Below, piece after piece: positions 45,767 to 56,264 of a stretch of 64,000 nucleotides of DNA (the first letter of the stretch is position 1; each line of letters begins with the position of its first letter). The notes under the pieces are model-generated. The model was not told the DNA's origin. It saw nothing but the letters and a program-made list of their open reading frames with translations, and did not search any database. The position numbers and the translations under genes were made by a program. The stretch spans positions 160,001 to 224,000 of the forward strand of contig JAYFMW010000006.1 of NCBI GenBank assembly GCA_042408215.1, read 5' to 3'. The stretch comes from Microcoleus sp. Its GTDB lineage: Bacteria > Cyanobacteriota > Cyanobacteriia > Cyanobacteriales > Microcoleaceae.

Positions 45767-46438
45767 ATGAACGACCCTTTAAATAGCTCTTATCCTGTTC
45801 CTTGGGAATGGATCACCGCTACTCATGCTAAAGTTAGCTCGACTATGGGCACTGGTCTCCGTTACTATCGTAGTCCTTCCCTAGTTTCGACGAATGGTCA
45901 ATACGCAGCTTACAGTCGAATTGAGTTGCAGGTACAGCCGGAATTCTCCCGCTGTCGAGTTAGTAGTGTCATGTTTGTGGAAAATCTCAAAACGGGGGAA
46001 CTGCAAACCGTGGCGGCTGCTTCACCGCTGGCTGAAAGCGGGTTTTATGCTACTGACGAAACAGATATGTCTGGGACGATCGCCATTTTAGTACCAGTTG
46101 CTTGGAATCAAACGGGTTCCCGGGTTCTCGCCCGCGAATTTGAAGCCATTTTCAATTCTTCGGATATGTCCGACTACGCTGTCATCTGGGACAGAAATGA
46201 GAATTACAGTTATACCGTTGCTCCGGCTCGCAGTCTTTACACTCATGCTGTATTGTTGGGTTGGAGTCAAGTTTGTCCGGGACAGGTTCTGTTCCGCGCT
46301 GGCAATTTGGGCGATCGAACTTGGCCTCTTTGTGCAGTCGATCAGAGTGGCCAAACGGTAGCTGTCAGCGACGATCAACCCCTGGTTTTCGGCAGTCAAG
46401 CCAGCACTGACTGGAGCGAACCTAAAACTCGTTTTTAG
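45767..46438 (+). CDS. Cyanobacterial hypothetical protein
   Basis: 223-aa ORF with YYRSPSLVS...AAYSRI...LAREFE; function not recognised. Confidence 0.7.
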   Translation: MNDPLNSSYPVPWEWITATHAKVSSTMGTGLRYYRSPSLVSTNGQYAAYSRIELQVQPEFSRCRVSSVMFVENLKTGELQTVAAASPLAESGFYATDETDMSGTIAILVPVAWNQTGSRVLAREFEAIFNSSDMSDYAVIWDRNENYSYTVAPARSLYTHAVLLGWSQVCPGQVLFRAGNLGDRTWPLCAVDQSGQTVAVSDDQPLVFGSQASTDWSEPKTRF

Positions 46439-46448
46439 ATCTTATATT

Positions 46449-48533
46449 ATGGCGGTATCTTTTTTTGTATTGCCCCAAATTATCCTACTGTCAGGTCAAT
46501 CTTTTGACCAGTGGATTTTGGGTTTGGGGCTGATAATTTTGACTGTTATTTTTGGTCTAACAACTTTTATTTTTATTCGGATTTTCATCAATTGGTTGCA
46601 GGCGATAGCGGAGCCAAAGCGCCAACTCGCCAAAAACAGGGCGATCGCCGAAAATGACGGCTATTCAACTAATCCTATTTCAGGGGATAAAAGCGCTATC
46701 TTAGAACCGGTGTTCGTAGAAAGTGACGGGGATTTAACTACTTCTCTTTTTGGGGATCAAACCGATGTTGCAGAAGTAATTCAGCAGCCGATAATAATCT
46801 GCGAAGATCCCGTTGCACTTGCTCAGCTTTATCAGCCGATCGCTCTTTGGCAAGGACGCTTAATTTTGCCGACCGACGACCAGCGAAAACCCTACGGTTC
46901 GGTGTTTTTGCAAGTGATAAATACACCTAAAAAATATCGAAAATTAATCGGAAAAACTGCGACATTAAACTTTAGCACTCACCGCAAAAATCAGTTTTTT
47001 GTCCACGCTGTTACCCAAGATATCAAGTTCACCAAACAAACTGAAAACAGTAAAAAATCCGGTAACATCCATCCCGATAGATTGAAGGGCTGGCGCAAGG
47101 TCGGCCCTTTAGAAACTCTAGCAGGGAGTAGACTCGAAGACAGCGTGACAGTGATGCTGCGGCGGCCAGTCAATGTGATAAATTATGGCAGTAGCGATCG
47201 CCATGAATTAATACTCGATCGAGAACCAGTACAAATTACAGGAAGTTGGTGTGCCCTCGTCTCAATTTTACAGCGACAAGAACCGGAGAGCGACAAATTT
47301 ATTGTCCGCCATTTCAACAAAACATCTCAACAATTTGACGGGCTAGCTGAAATAATTAGGATTCCGCAAGTCAAGCCAGACAAAAATGGCGTAGCGAGGT
47401 CTACAAATTACCTCATAGAAAAATCGCCATTAAATCCAGACGGCTGGTACATTTACGGCGAAAAAGGCGAAGACAATATTTTTAGAGTCCAAGCAATCGA
47501 GCCCCGAAAAATTGCCCAATTAATCCCAGATGAAACACATTTGGGACTGAAAAAATGTCTCGATTATTTAAACTGCGAAAATTGGCAAAATACACCGAGT
47601 CAAAAAGGGCAAGCAAAAATAGTCTTATTATCGCCTTCGGAAGAACCAGAAAACGCATACATCTCTCCTTGGGAAGAAGGAGACATCGGCATAGTGATTC
47701 ACTGTTTCGGCGGGATTGGCGGCAAAAAAGCAGAACCCGCACCGCTGGGAATTGTCACCGGACATTTTGCTTTGGGAATAGCAAAAGTAGTGCGCGATCG
47801 CTTTACCGGCGAACTGCGTTTTGATATAGAATACAAACAAGTGTACGCCCACAATCCCGATGGAATTGTCGCCGGATCGAGCAAATGGCAAAGTTACATG
47901 GGAGACTTGGAGCGCGGCTTGTTGGGCGATCGCCCGGTTTGCGATATCATTTGTAAATTAGATTGCGTGTGTCGTGACTACAACTTTGACGGCATCCAAT
48001 TGTCGCCCTTAGACGAATTAAACCAGCAATTAGATATTATGATGGCCCGTTACCGCAGCGGAGACGGTACCGGAGCAAGTTTAGTCACCCCTGCGACTTC
48101 CTGCGTCCAAGATTCCAGTCAGGCAATTTACGCTACCATTAAAAAAATCACTTCAGAAATTGAATCAAATCCTCAGATTCAAGAATGGCTAAAAACCCAT
48201 CCCACCGACGCACAAACTCAAAGATTTCACCAGTTAGTAGCTTTAGGACAAAGTTTAGAAAAAGTATTAATTCCCCTGGGCATTGTCCGTCCAGATTGGC
48301 GCAAAAATGCTAAATTAGCGGGGATTGATTCCCACCTCAAACCAAGTTTATTTGCGATGATAGCTAACCCCATAACAGCGGCTATTAGCTACCGAACAAT
48401 GCTACCCAGACGCACTCAAGATGCCATAGCCAAAATTTTCTTAAAACAGGGAGCATTTTTGTGGGTAATTCGGACAAATCAAGTCGGGGGATTTGATGCA
48501 AATATTGAGCCGATCGCACCTACAAGACTTTGA
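46449..48533 (+). CDS. Membrane-anchored cyanobacterial protein resembling the large soluble domain seen with Abi/CPBP-annotated proteins
   Basis: N-terminal TM; VGPLETLAGSR, HCFGGIGG, TGHFALG, YAHNPDGI, MMARYRSGDGTG, SCVQDS, RTNQVGG. Confidence 0.65.
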   Translation: MAVSFFVLPQIILLSGQSFDQWILGLGLIILTVIFGLTTFIFIRIFINWLQAIAEPKRQLAKNRAIAENDGYSTNPISGDKSAILEPVFVESDGDLTTSLFGDQTDVAEVIQQPIIICEDPVALAQLYQPIALWQGRLILPTDDQRKPYGSVFLQVINTPKKYRKLIGKTATLNFSTHRKNQFFVHAVTQDIKFTKQTENSKKSGNIHPDRLKGWRKVGPLETLAGSRLEDSVTVMLRRPVNVINYGSSDRHELILDREPVQITGSWCALVSILQRQEPESDKFIVRHFNKTSQQFDGLAEIIRIPQVKPDKNGVARSTNYLIEKSPLNPDGWYIYGEKGEDNIFRVQAIEPRKIAQLIPDETHLGLKKCLDYLNCENWQNTPSQKGQAKIVLLSPSEEPENAYISPWEEGDIGIVIHCFGGIGGKKAEPAPLGIVTGHFALGIAKVVRDRFTGELRFDIEYKQVYAHNPDGIVAGSSKWQSYMGDLERGLLGDRPVCDIICKLDCVCRDYNFDGIQLSPLDELNQQLDIMMARYRSGDGTGASLVTPATSCVQDSSQAIYATIKKITSEIESNPQIQEWLKTHPTDAQTQRFHQLVALGQSLEKVLIPLGIVRPDWRKNAKLAGIDSHLKPSLFAMIANPITAAISYRTMLPRRTQDAIAKIFLKQGAFLWVIRTNQVGGFDANIEPIAPTRL

Positions 48534-48534
48534 G

Positions 48535-48762
48535 GCATGGGGCATGGGGCATGGGGCATGGGGCATGGGGCATGGGGCATGGGGCATGGGGCATGGGGCA
48601 TGGGGCATGGGGCATGGGGCATTGGGCATTGGGCATTGGGCATGGGGCATTGGGCATTGGGCATGGGGCATTGGGCATGGGGAATCGGGAATTTGGAATC
48701 GGAAGCCCCAAGCGAATAACCAATAACCAATAACCAATAACCAATAACCAATAACCAATAAC
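48535..48762. repeat. STRR arrays (CATGGGG)n, (CATTGGG)n and (TAACCAA)n between convergent genes
   Basis: Visible tandem heptamers. Confidence 0.95.
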
Positions 48763-48765
48763 AAT

Positions 48766-49965
48766 TTACCAAGGACTCACTTGAACAGTGCCGCCTGGTG
48801 CAAAAACTACCCGGAAATCAGCCAGCGGTTCCGCAGATGGCCTGCTACCCACAGGCTTGTAAAGCAACTCAGAGAAAAGTGTATCCCCGATGCGATCGAC
48901 TGTTTGAGAATTCTCTGACTTGTAACCGACAATCGCACCGTCTTTAGCCACGCTTACCCGATAAATCAACTCCCCATTAACAGCAGACTGATTCTTCAAA
49001 ACTCCGTCAATTTGCTCGGAAAGCTTTCCCCTCAACAGCTCAATTTCCGCTGGATCGGTAATCGCGACAGCTACCCCCGAACTCTGCAAACCTTCAGAAA
49101 CAGGTGTGGGAGTAACCGACGGCGAAGCATCAGCAGCCGGAGTTGGACTCGAAGTTTGACTGGGAGTTTGACTGGGAGTTTGACTGGGAGTTTGACTGGG
49201 AGTTTGACTGGGAGTTGGCGCAGGCGATATAGCCGACTGAGTACGATCGCCCGGTAGCAAACCGTCAGCCGCCGGCGTTGGATTGGGATTCGGTGTCCCC
49301 GCACCCGGATTCGGCGTGTCGATATTCTGGCCCGTAGTATTGGGTTGACGAATCGGATCTCTGGGGCGCTGGACTTCCGGCACCGGCACCAAGAAAAACG
49401 CCATCGCAGCCAAAGCTAAACTCGACACCCCTATTACCCCTGGTAAAGCCCGCTGGGCTACCGGTTCGGCTGACTTGATATAACGCTTGGACACTGGAGT
49501 TAATTGCAGTGATAACTCTGGTAACGTTTGCGTGTCGGCAAAAAATTGGTCGATCGCCTCCACTAAGTCAAATAGCTGTACCGTCGTTAAATCAACCTCT
49601 GCCGAGAATTGGGTTTTTTCGGCGATTTGGACTCCGCTGTCTGATGAAGCGGGTAGAATCGTCAACCGGTGCGTATTCCCGTCAATTCTGTGCAACTGCA
49701 CCAAGCCCGAATCATGGTCCTGGCGATCGGGATAATGGACTCCGCTCATAAATTCTTGAGCGTAGCTGCTGACAACCCTCACCAAGCTTTCAAAAAAATC
49801 CCTTCCCCCAGTTAGGGGCTCGGCGAGACTGCTCAAATAGCATTCAGCGCTCATTAGTATCGAAAGCACCGGCCGTTTTTCTAACTGGCTGGCTGCTGAG
49901 CCATCGCTTAACCCTTCGAGAACCAGGGTGCAATTTGGCAAACTGTACTGACGCCTAATAGTCAT
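48766..49965 (-). CDS. DUF4335 domain protein
   Basis: MTIRRQYSLPNCTLVLEGL, LTTVQLFDLVEAIDQF, one TM segment, (PSQT)n linker. Confidence 0.85.
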   Translation of the reverse strand: MTIRRQYSLPNCTLVLEGLSDGSAASQLEKRPVLSILMSAECYLSSLAEPLTGGRDFFESLVRVVSSYAQEFMSGVHYPDRQDHDSGLVQLHRIDGNTHRLTILPASSDSGVQIAEKTQFSAEVDLTTVQLFDLVEAIDQFFADTQTLPELSLQLTPVSKRYIKSAEPVAQRALPGVIGVSSLALAAMAFFLVPVPEVQRPRDPIRQPNTTGQNIDTPNPGAGTPNPNPTPAADGLLPGDRTQSAISPAPTPSQTPSQTPSQTPSQTPSQTSSPTPAADASPSVTPTPVSEGLQSSGVAVAITDPAEIELLRGKLSEQIDGVLKNQSAVNGELIYRVSVAKDGAIVGYKSENSQTVDRIGDTLFSELLYKPVGSRPSAEPLADFRVVFAPGGTVQVSPW

Positions 49966-50399
49966 AAAAAAGTTCGGTAAGTGGGAAACGAGCGAGTCTT
50001 TAGACCTGAGAGGGAAACGACGCGGGTGGTTTTAACCACCGTGAATCTTTTTTCCATTACCGCCTTGGAATTGCTTGACGGGAGTGTACTTTTGTAATGC
50101 ACTTTCGATGGGACAATTACCATTTCAAGCCTTGCAATCCTGTACGCATAATGGTTGCCTTTGTTGGGCCTCCCTTGCGGGGTAAAGTTCGCTTCGTCAA
50201 TGTTATTTGGGCTTGTTAAGGTAGTAGCACTATAAAGCGTGACTTTAGAATTGTTTAACTAATACCGACAGAGCAAGAAACTAGCGTCGCATTTCAGGGT
50301 GTCGTGACCCAAATAACGTAGCCAATTAAGGCTTAGACTGGTCAGGATAGCTCACAATTTCTTGCAAGCTCAGTGGCGTTGACTCCCTGAGTTCCTGAC
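49966..50399 (-). mobile_element. Non-autonomous HEARO/omegaRNA (IscB-type IS200/IS605) element 1
   Basis: Minus strand begins GTCAGGAACTCAG, contains TGACCAGTCTAAG, CTACGTTATT, GACACC...ATGCG..GCTAG...GCTCTGTCG, TTAAAC, AACATTGACGAAGC; ends in a hairpin-rich end followed by ATGA; no intact ORF. Confidence 0.85.
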
Positions 50400-51005
50400 T
50401 TACTCAACCTCTCCATCAAACAGGCTAACCCAGAAGCGCTGCATTCCGGCAGTGCCTGTACAAAATAGCAGTTTGCTCAATAAGTTCAAAGCTAGTTCAT
50501 CGAGCTTGTCGTCGGAGTCGTAAGCTGCTACTAGCGATCGCTTGGGGTTCATGCGCGATCGAAAGTGAGCTCGAAAGCGTTCTAAATACTCGGCCAGCGG
50601 TAAGTGCTGGTTGAAGGGGATATTTCTCGATCGCGACTGCTGGGAGTCTTGCAGCAACTGGCGAATTGTCGCTGTTAGCTTGCGCGCCAAATTGCAGGCG
50701 ATCGCCACCAGCGCTTTTGCCTCCAGCGCGGTGAGGGAGCGACGCTGGGTATAGCGACGCAGCGGGTTAGTATTACGCAGCAGCCAAAGGGCAACCCGAT
50801 TTTTGATAATTGATTCCAATTCTAGTTCCTTTGACACTGCCAGCATTTCTTCAGCACCTCCGAGATACAAGGCTTCGATCGCCAACAACATCAGGTCAAT
50901 TTGCAATCTGGCGCGACGGGGACATCCGTCATCGGAGGGCGACAAATCTGGCAAACTGTCTAAAATCAACGGGTTTGACTCGGTAAGCGAAGTTTCTAAC
51001 GGCAT
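50400..51005 (-). CDS. DUF3038 domain protein
   Basis: IDLMLLAIEAL, IKNRVALWLLRNTNPLRR, LLFCTGTAGMQRFWVSLFDGE; start uncertain (51005, possibly up to 51077). Confidence 0.85.
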   Translation of the reverse strand: MPLETSLTESNPLILDSLPDLSPSDDGCPRRARLQIDLMLLAIEALYLGGAEEMLAVSKELELESIIKNRVALWLLRNTNPLRRYTQRRSLTALEAKALVAIACNLARKLTATIRQLLQDSQQSRSRNIPFNQHLPLAEYLERFRAHFRSRMNPKRSLVAAYDSDDKLDELALNLLSKLLFCTGTAGMQRFWVSLFDGEVE

Positions 51006-51112
51006 TACGATCACGGCAACATATATTCCAAAAAAACTATACGGACACAGAGGGGCTCCAGCATGAGAAATTCTCAACCAAGGACTCCTCTGAGATACTT
51101 GATTTTTATCAT

Positions 51113-51487
51113 CCGAAAATTGGGCGGAGCGTAGCGGAGGGTTGAAACCCCGTCCTTTTAGGACGGCTTTGCTTGATTTGATAAATTAGTTGCCTACCTC
51201 TTGCTAGGTGGAGGGGTATGGTTACCCCCTCCCTTGGAGATCTGGTTGTCGACCGCCCCTTTCGGGTGATGTTAGCGCGCGCCTTTGTTATAAGAGCTTT
51301 TTAAACCTGCAACACTGTTCCAGTGACTTTAGAACTGTTTAATTACAGACGACAGAGCCCAAAACTAGCTTCGCATTCAAGGAGTGTCGTGACTCAAATA
51401 ACGGAGTCAGTGAAGACTTAGGCTGGTCAGTACAGCTTGCTTCGATCGCTCTAACAAGCTCAGTCCCTTTAGGGCTGAGTTACTGAC
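51113..51487 (-). mobile_element. Non-autonomous HEARO/omegaRNA (IscB-type IS200/IS605) element 2
   Basis: Minus strand begins GTCAGTAACTCAG, colinear with element 1 over about 230 nt; ends CCGTCCTAAAAGGACGGGGTTTCAACCC...AATTTTCGG then ATGA. Confidence 0.85.
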
Positions 51488-51565
51488 TCACTTTATTGTG
51501 TATTTTCAATCTAGCAGCAAGCGGTCATTGCAGGCGATCGAGTGCCAGAGTAGCAGAGTCCCAGA

Positions 51566-52075
51566 TCAATGTCCTTGATGCTCCTGTTTCGTCACCACTA
51601 CTCTTTGGGCCGTAAAATCAGTAGCCGCGGCATTCTCAACCAGACTAATTTTTCCTTTCAAGCTTTCTCCCTCCACAATTCCTCGCAGTTTCACCACACT
51701 CTTTTGACTACCGCTGCTTGTTGACTCGCCGCAACCTGTTAAATTGGGAACCACACCGGATAAATTCAACCCTTGAATTTCCCACTTGCCAATTAGAGAA
51801 GGTTTCTCCTCAGCAGTTTTTTTGCCATCCACAGGGCTGTTGTCTGACTTCAAATTACCGCTCAAATAAACCCCTGATTGCTCAATTGTCAACACCAACG
51901 AGTCAGATTTCAAACATTCTGGCCAATTTTGAGCATCAAAGCGATAACTTCCGGCAATTGCAGGAGCAGCTTTCAAATTTGTTTCGCCGTAGGCAGTTAC
52001 TACCTTAAAAAGTACGGCAACGAAGGCTATCGCAATTCCGTAAAATGCCAATGACTTGAGGTTGAAATGACTCAT
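51566..52075 (-). CDS. Hypothetical membrane-anchored protein downstream of the antiporter
   Basis: Start [16 protein letters not shown] after discarding the STRR-encoded extension; one TM segment; [10 protein letters not shown]. Confidence 0.75.
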   Translation of the reverse strand: MSHFNLKSLAFYGIAIAFVAVLFKVVTAYGETNLKAAPAIAGSYRFDAQNWPECLKSDSLVLTIEQSGVYLSGNLKSDNSPVDGKKTAEEKPSLIGKWEIQGLNLSGVVPNLTGCGESTSSGSQKSVVKLRGIVEGESLKGKISLVENAAATDFTAQRVVVTKQEHQGH

Positions 52076-52079
52076 AATT

Positions 52080-52394
52080 TTGGGAATGGGGAATGGGGAA
52101 TGGGGAATGGGGAATGGGGAATGGGGAATGGGGAATGGGGAATTGGGAATGGGGAATTGGGAATTGGGAATTGGGAATTGGGAATTGGGAATGGGGAATG
52201 GGGAATTGGGAATTGGGAATTGGGAATTGGGAATGGGGAATTGGGAATGGGGAATTGGGAATTGGTAGCAACTCACAAATAACCAATAACAAATAACCAA
52301 TAACAACAGTCAACTAACAACAGTCAACTAACAACAGTCAACTAACAACAGCCAACAGTCAACTGTCAACAGTTAACAGTCAACTGTCAACTAA
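52080..52394. repeat. Compound STRR arrays (GGGAAT(G/T), AATAAC(C/A), AACAGTCAACT)
   Basis: Visible tandem 7- and 14-mers. Confidence 0.95.
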
Positions 52395-54599
52395 CTACAT
52401 TTGAGGAAGTATCGAAGCCAGGTGCGATCGCACTTTAACGTAACACCGCGCAATCAGCAGCGAAGAGTGACACCGAACTGCCAATTCATCAGTATATTGT
52501 CCCAAAGTTTGGCGCTCAATTCCCCACTCCCGACTCGTACCCGCAATAGTCAAATCAGCATTAGCAGAAGCCGCGACTACTGCTTGAATTGGCTCCGCCG
52601 CCTCCACAATCGGGGTTTCAATGCGCGATCGCACCTCCACCGGCAACTGCTCGATTACCCGCCGAAACTCGTAACTGAGCTCATTTTCAGCTTCACCGTC
52701 AACTGCCACCCGCAGCACCGTCAAACGGCGTTCCTGGCTATTAACTAACAGTCTTAGTGCCAATTCTAATCCCAAATCGTCGTGAATATTTGCCGCGTAA
52801 GGCACTAACAAATTATTCAACCGTTCCCGGCCTCTGTCAACAAAAATTGCTACATCCACTTTAGCAGTGCTCAAAATCTGACCGACACGTCCTCCCAAAC
52901 GGTTGCTGCTAAAAGTAGGTCTGTGCCATCCTACCAAGATTAAATCCGCGCGATCGAGTTCGGCAATTTGTGCAGTTTCCCGCGCTACGTCATTAGTAAC
53001 ACGAATAATGGGATGCACCAAGTTCCGAGCTTCTGGAGGCTGCAAACTCTCAATCAACTCTGATAATTTCCCTAGGCGCTCTTGGATAATGCGATCGGCT
53101 TCCGCAGGCGTACTTTCAAAGGCATAATCCTCACTTAATTCTATCAAACTCAGAGGATGAACCGCCGCCGACTGCAAATCGCTACCACCCATACCCGCAG
53201 CCGGCTGCGCCAGCGATACCGCCAGTTGCAGCAAACCTTTCTGGGTGCTGGGATTAGCAACTGGTACTAAAATTCGATAAGTTGGCAGCAATTCCTTATT
53301 GGTTTCTTTGAGATCGCCAGCACTTTTTGAATCTTCTAATTCTGAATCATCAGAGCTAAATTCTGAAATATCTAACCGAATCAGCCGTTTCGGATAAGTC
53401 CACTCCAACAGCGGCGAAGTCATAAAAGTTGTCACCAAAGCCATAATCACTAACATTGTAAATAAAATCGGCGAAATTACCCCCAGAGAAAGACCGATAT
53501 TCAGCACAATTAATTCGGTCAAACCGCGAGTATTCATCATCCATCCCAGGGCTGAAGCTTCGCGGTTGCTTATGCCACAAACTCTAGCAGCCGCGTAAGT
53601 ACCGACATATTTCCCAATAATTGCTACTCCTAAAACAGCGGCGCATAGCAACCACAATTCTGGACTATTTAGCAGGCCAATTTGAGTCCGCAAACCGCTG
53701 TAAGCAAAAAATATTGGCAGCAGAAATATTAGTACAAAGTCTTCGGTTTTTTCAGCTAATTCTCTGGTTAATCCCGCATTTTTGGGCATGGCCGCTCCCA
53801 GCAAAAATGCACCGAAGATTAAGTGAATTCCAATCCATTCAGTAATTAAGGCAGATGCTACAACTCCCATGTAAATTCCGGCCAGGACTAACTGAGTTAA
53901 TCTGCCGGTGCGGTTGTAGTGTTTGGAAAGCCGCTGCAAGAACCAGCGGACTACAGTCAGCATGAAAGCGATATAAATTAAAGATGCAAAAATTGTTGGC
54001 AAAGCGCCGATCATTGAATTAGTGCGAGTAACTGCGATCGCCACTGCTAACAAACACCAAGCTGTCACATCGTCTACCGCCGCGCAAGTCAGGGCTAACG
54101 TCCCCAATTTGGTATTCTGCAAGTTGTGTTCGGTAATGATTCTTGCCAGTACCGGAAATGCTGTAATTGACATCGCCGCCCCCAAAAACAGCGCAAAGGC
54201 AGTAAAAGAAACGCTGTTGTTTGAGACAATCGGATACAGCAGCAGTGCTAGCAAACTTCCCAGGGAAAATGGCACTAAAATGCTGACGTGGGAAGTCAAA
54301 ATTGCTGTGTCTAAGTTGTTTTTGAGGTACTTCGGATTCAGTTCCAAACCGATCAAAAACATGAAAAATATCAGCCCAATTTCCGATAGCACCTCCAGGA
54401 AAGGGACGGCCTCGGCTGGAAAAACTGCTGCTGCTAAATCTGGGGCTACCAAACCAAACAGAGACGGGCCGAGCATAATTCCGGCTACGATTTCTCCAAT
54501 GACTTGGGGTTGCTTGATCCAGCGGAATCCCAAACCGACAAGTCGGGACAGTGCGATGACAATTAGAACTTCAACTAGAACTAGAATGGCGATCGGCAT
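52395..54599 (-). CDS. CPA2 cation/H+ antiporter with C-terminal USP-like domains
   Basis: QPQVIGEIVAGIMLGPS, SITAFPVLARII, AAVDDV, MNTRGLTELIV, RILVPVANP. Confidence 0.92.
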   Translation of the reverse strand: MPIAILVLVEVLIVIALSRLVGLGFRWIKQPQVIGEIVAGIMLGPSLFGLVAPDLAAAVFPAEAVPFLEVLSEIGLIFFMFLIGLELNPKYLKNNLDTAILTSHVSILVPFSLGSLLALLLYPIVSNNSVSFTAFALFLGAAMSITAFPVLARIITEHNLQNTKLGTLALTCAAVDDVTAWCLLAVAIAVTRTNSMIGALPTIFASLIYIAFMLTVVRWFLQRLSKHYNRTGRLTQLVLAGIYMGVVASALITEWIGIHLIFGAFLLGAAMPKNAGLTRELAEKTEDFVLIFLLPIFFAYSGLRTQIGLLNSPELWLLCAAVLGVAIIGKYVGTYAAARVCGISNREASALGWMMNTRGLTELIVLNIGLSLGVISPILFTMLVIMALVTTFMTSPLLEWTYPKRLIRLDISEFSSDDSELEDSKSAGDLKETNKELLPTYRILVPVANPSTQKGLLQLAVSLAQPAAGMGGSDLQSAAVHPLSLIELSEDYAFESTPAEADRIIQERLGKLSELIESLQPPEARNLVHPIIRVTNDVARETAQIAELDRADLILVGWHRPTFSSNRLGGRVGQILSTAKVDVAIFVDRGRERLNNLLVPYAANIHDDLGLELALRLLVNSQERRLTVLRVAVDGEAENELSYEFRRVIEQLPVEVRSRIETPIVEAAEPIQAVVAASANADLTIAGTSREWGIERQTLGQYTDELAVRCHSSLLIARCYVKVRSHLASILPQM

Positions 54600-54931
54600 G
54601 GTGTTTTTAGATTGGGGATTTTTGCTAATGTTAAGAGCGACAAGTGCAAAGGGCAAAATTGGCGATCGAGAAAAATCGCGATCGGGCCCGATCGAAGATA
54701 GAAAGCACTGGAGACAACACCAACAAGGCAATTGTGTCACGATCAACTCAGCCTTGACAATCTTAAACCTGGATTTTTGATTTTGATGCCGCAACCAAGC
54801 CGGCGAAAATAAAGTTTTGATCGATCGCTTCTACATAAGTCCCTTCTACATCAGCGCCTTCTGCCTTCCCAATCTAAGATAGTCAGACAAAGTGGCGCAG
54901 GCTGTGATAAGCTAGAAAAGTTGTTTAAATT

Positions 54932-55012
54932 CGCACATCCGGGTTTTCGGGTGTTTCTAAGGCGCAAACCTTCAGAAATACGACCGGGTGGAGGATTAAC
55001 CCGAATTAGGAG
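54932..55012 (+). promoter_or_regulatory. Probable structured 5' leader of rpsB
   Basis: CACATCCGG...CCGGGTG stem, GGAGG and AGGAG just upstream of rpsB; S2 autoregulatory leaders occupy this position in many bacteria. Confidence 0.5.
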
Positions 55013-55023
55013 TTAAAAATACC

Positions 55024-55845
55024 ATGCCAGTAGTCAGTTTGGCTCAAATGTTAGAGTCAGGAGTTCACTTCGGACACCAAACCCGTCGGTGGAACCCGAA
55101 AATGGCTCCCTACATTTTTACAGAGCGCAATGGGGTTCACATCATCGACCTCGTGCAAACCGCTCAGCTCATGGAAGAAGCCTACGAGTATATGAGAGTA
55201 GCCTCGGAAAAAGGCAAAAAGTTTCTGTTCGTGGGTACGAAGCGCCAAGCGGCCGGGATTGTGGCACAAGAAGCCCAGCGCTGCGGCGCTTACTACGTCA
55301 ACCAGCGCTGGCTGGGGGGAATGCTTACCAACTGGACGACAATTAAGTCGCGGGTGGAACGCCTCAAGGATTTGGAGCGCCGCGAGGAAATAGGCGCTCT
55401 CGATTTGCTGCCGAAAAAAGAAGCTTCGGTGCTGCGGCGGGAAATGGCCAAACTCCAGAAATATCTGGGCGGAATTAAGTCTATGCGGAAGATTCCCGAC
55501 GGAGTGGTGCTGGTAGACCAACGCCGGGAGTACAATGCTGTTTTGGAATGCCAAAAATTGGGAATTCCGATCGTATCTTTGCTGGATACTAACTGTGACC
55601 CGGATTTGGTGGACATTGCGATTCCCGCTAACGACGATGCCATTCGATCGATTAAGCTAATTGTGGGCAAGTTGGCTGATGCCATCTACGAAGGCCGTCA
55701 CGGTCAGCAGGAGGGTAACGACATGGATGAAGACTACGACTACGAAGGTGCTTACGAAGGTGCTGAATATGACGTAGAAATCGAAGAGTTGGATGACCCC
55801 GACTATGTAGATCCCGACGCCGAAGGCGAAGCCGACGCAGAATAA
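55024..55845 (+). CDS. rpsB: 30S ribosomal protein S2
   Basis: [39 protein letters not shown]. Confidence 0.98.
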   Translation: MPVVSLAQMLESGVHFGHQTRRWNPKMAPYIFTERNGVHIIDLVQTAQLMEEAYEYMRVASEKGKKFLFVGTKRQAAGIVAQEAQRCGAYYVNQRWLGGMLTNWTTIKSRVERLKDLERREEIGALDLLPKKEASVLRREMAKLQKYLGGIKSMRKIPDGVVLVDQRREYNAVLECQKLGIPIVSLLDTNCDPDLVDIAIPANDDAIRSIKLIVGKLADAIYEGRHGQQEGNDMDEDYDYEGAYEGAEYDVEIEELDDPDYVDPDAEGEADAE

Positions 55846-56264
55846 ACCCAGCAATAGTAGGCCGCTGGGAATTGAACACCGGGCAATTAAAAATTAAAAA
55901 TGTCAAATTAAAAACGATCATTTTTAATTTTTAATTGTGATAGGACTTACGCACAGACTCTACTTGTAAGACGATGCACAACGCACCTTACTACTATCGT
56001 GTAAAAATTGACTCATGCAGCGTAAGTCCTGTGTGACTGACATTGGTCTCGGTCATTAGTAGACTTCCTGCAAAAGCATTCATTGCGTCAGCGCCAGAAT
56101 AAATTCTGGCGCTACACATACAAAGTCCCAATGGTGCGGGGAATAAAGATTTTGCAAGAAGCCCAATCATCAATATCAGATTAAAAACTAATAACTGATG
56201 ACTAATGACTAATGACTAATGACTAATGACTAAATAACTAATTTTGATTGGGAACAGAGAGAAG

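Noticed and set aside
48441..48772. Small ORFs with MPHAPCP/MGHGAWG repeats (similar ones at 52005-52313)
   Set aside because: Translations of STRR heptamers, not genes
50050..50152. Recognisable iscB remnant inside element 1
   Set aside because: An ATG is in the expected place but stops after 10 codons, with no PLMP, RuvC or HNH motif
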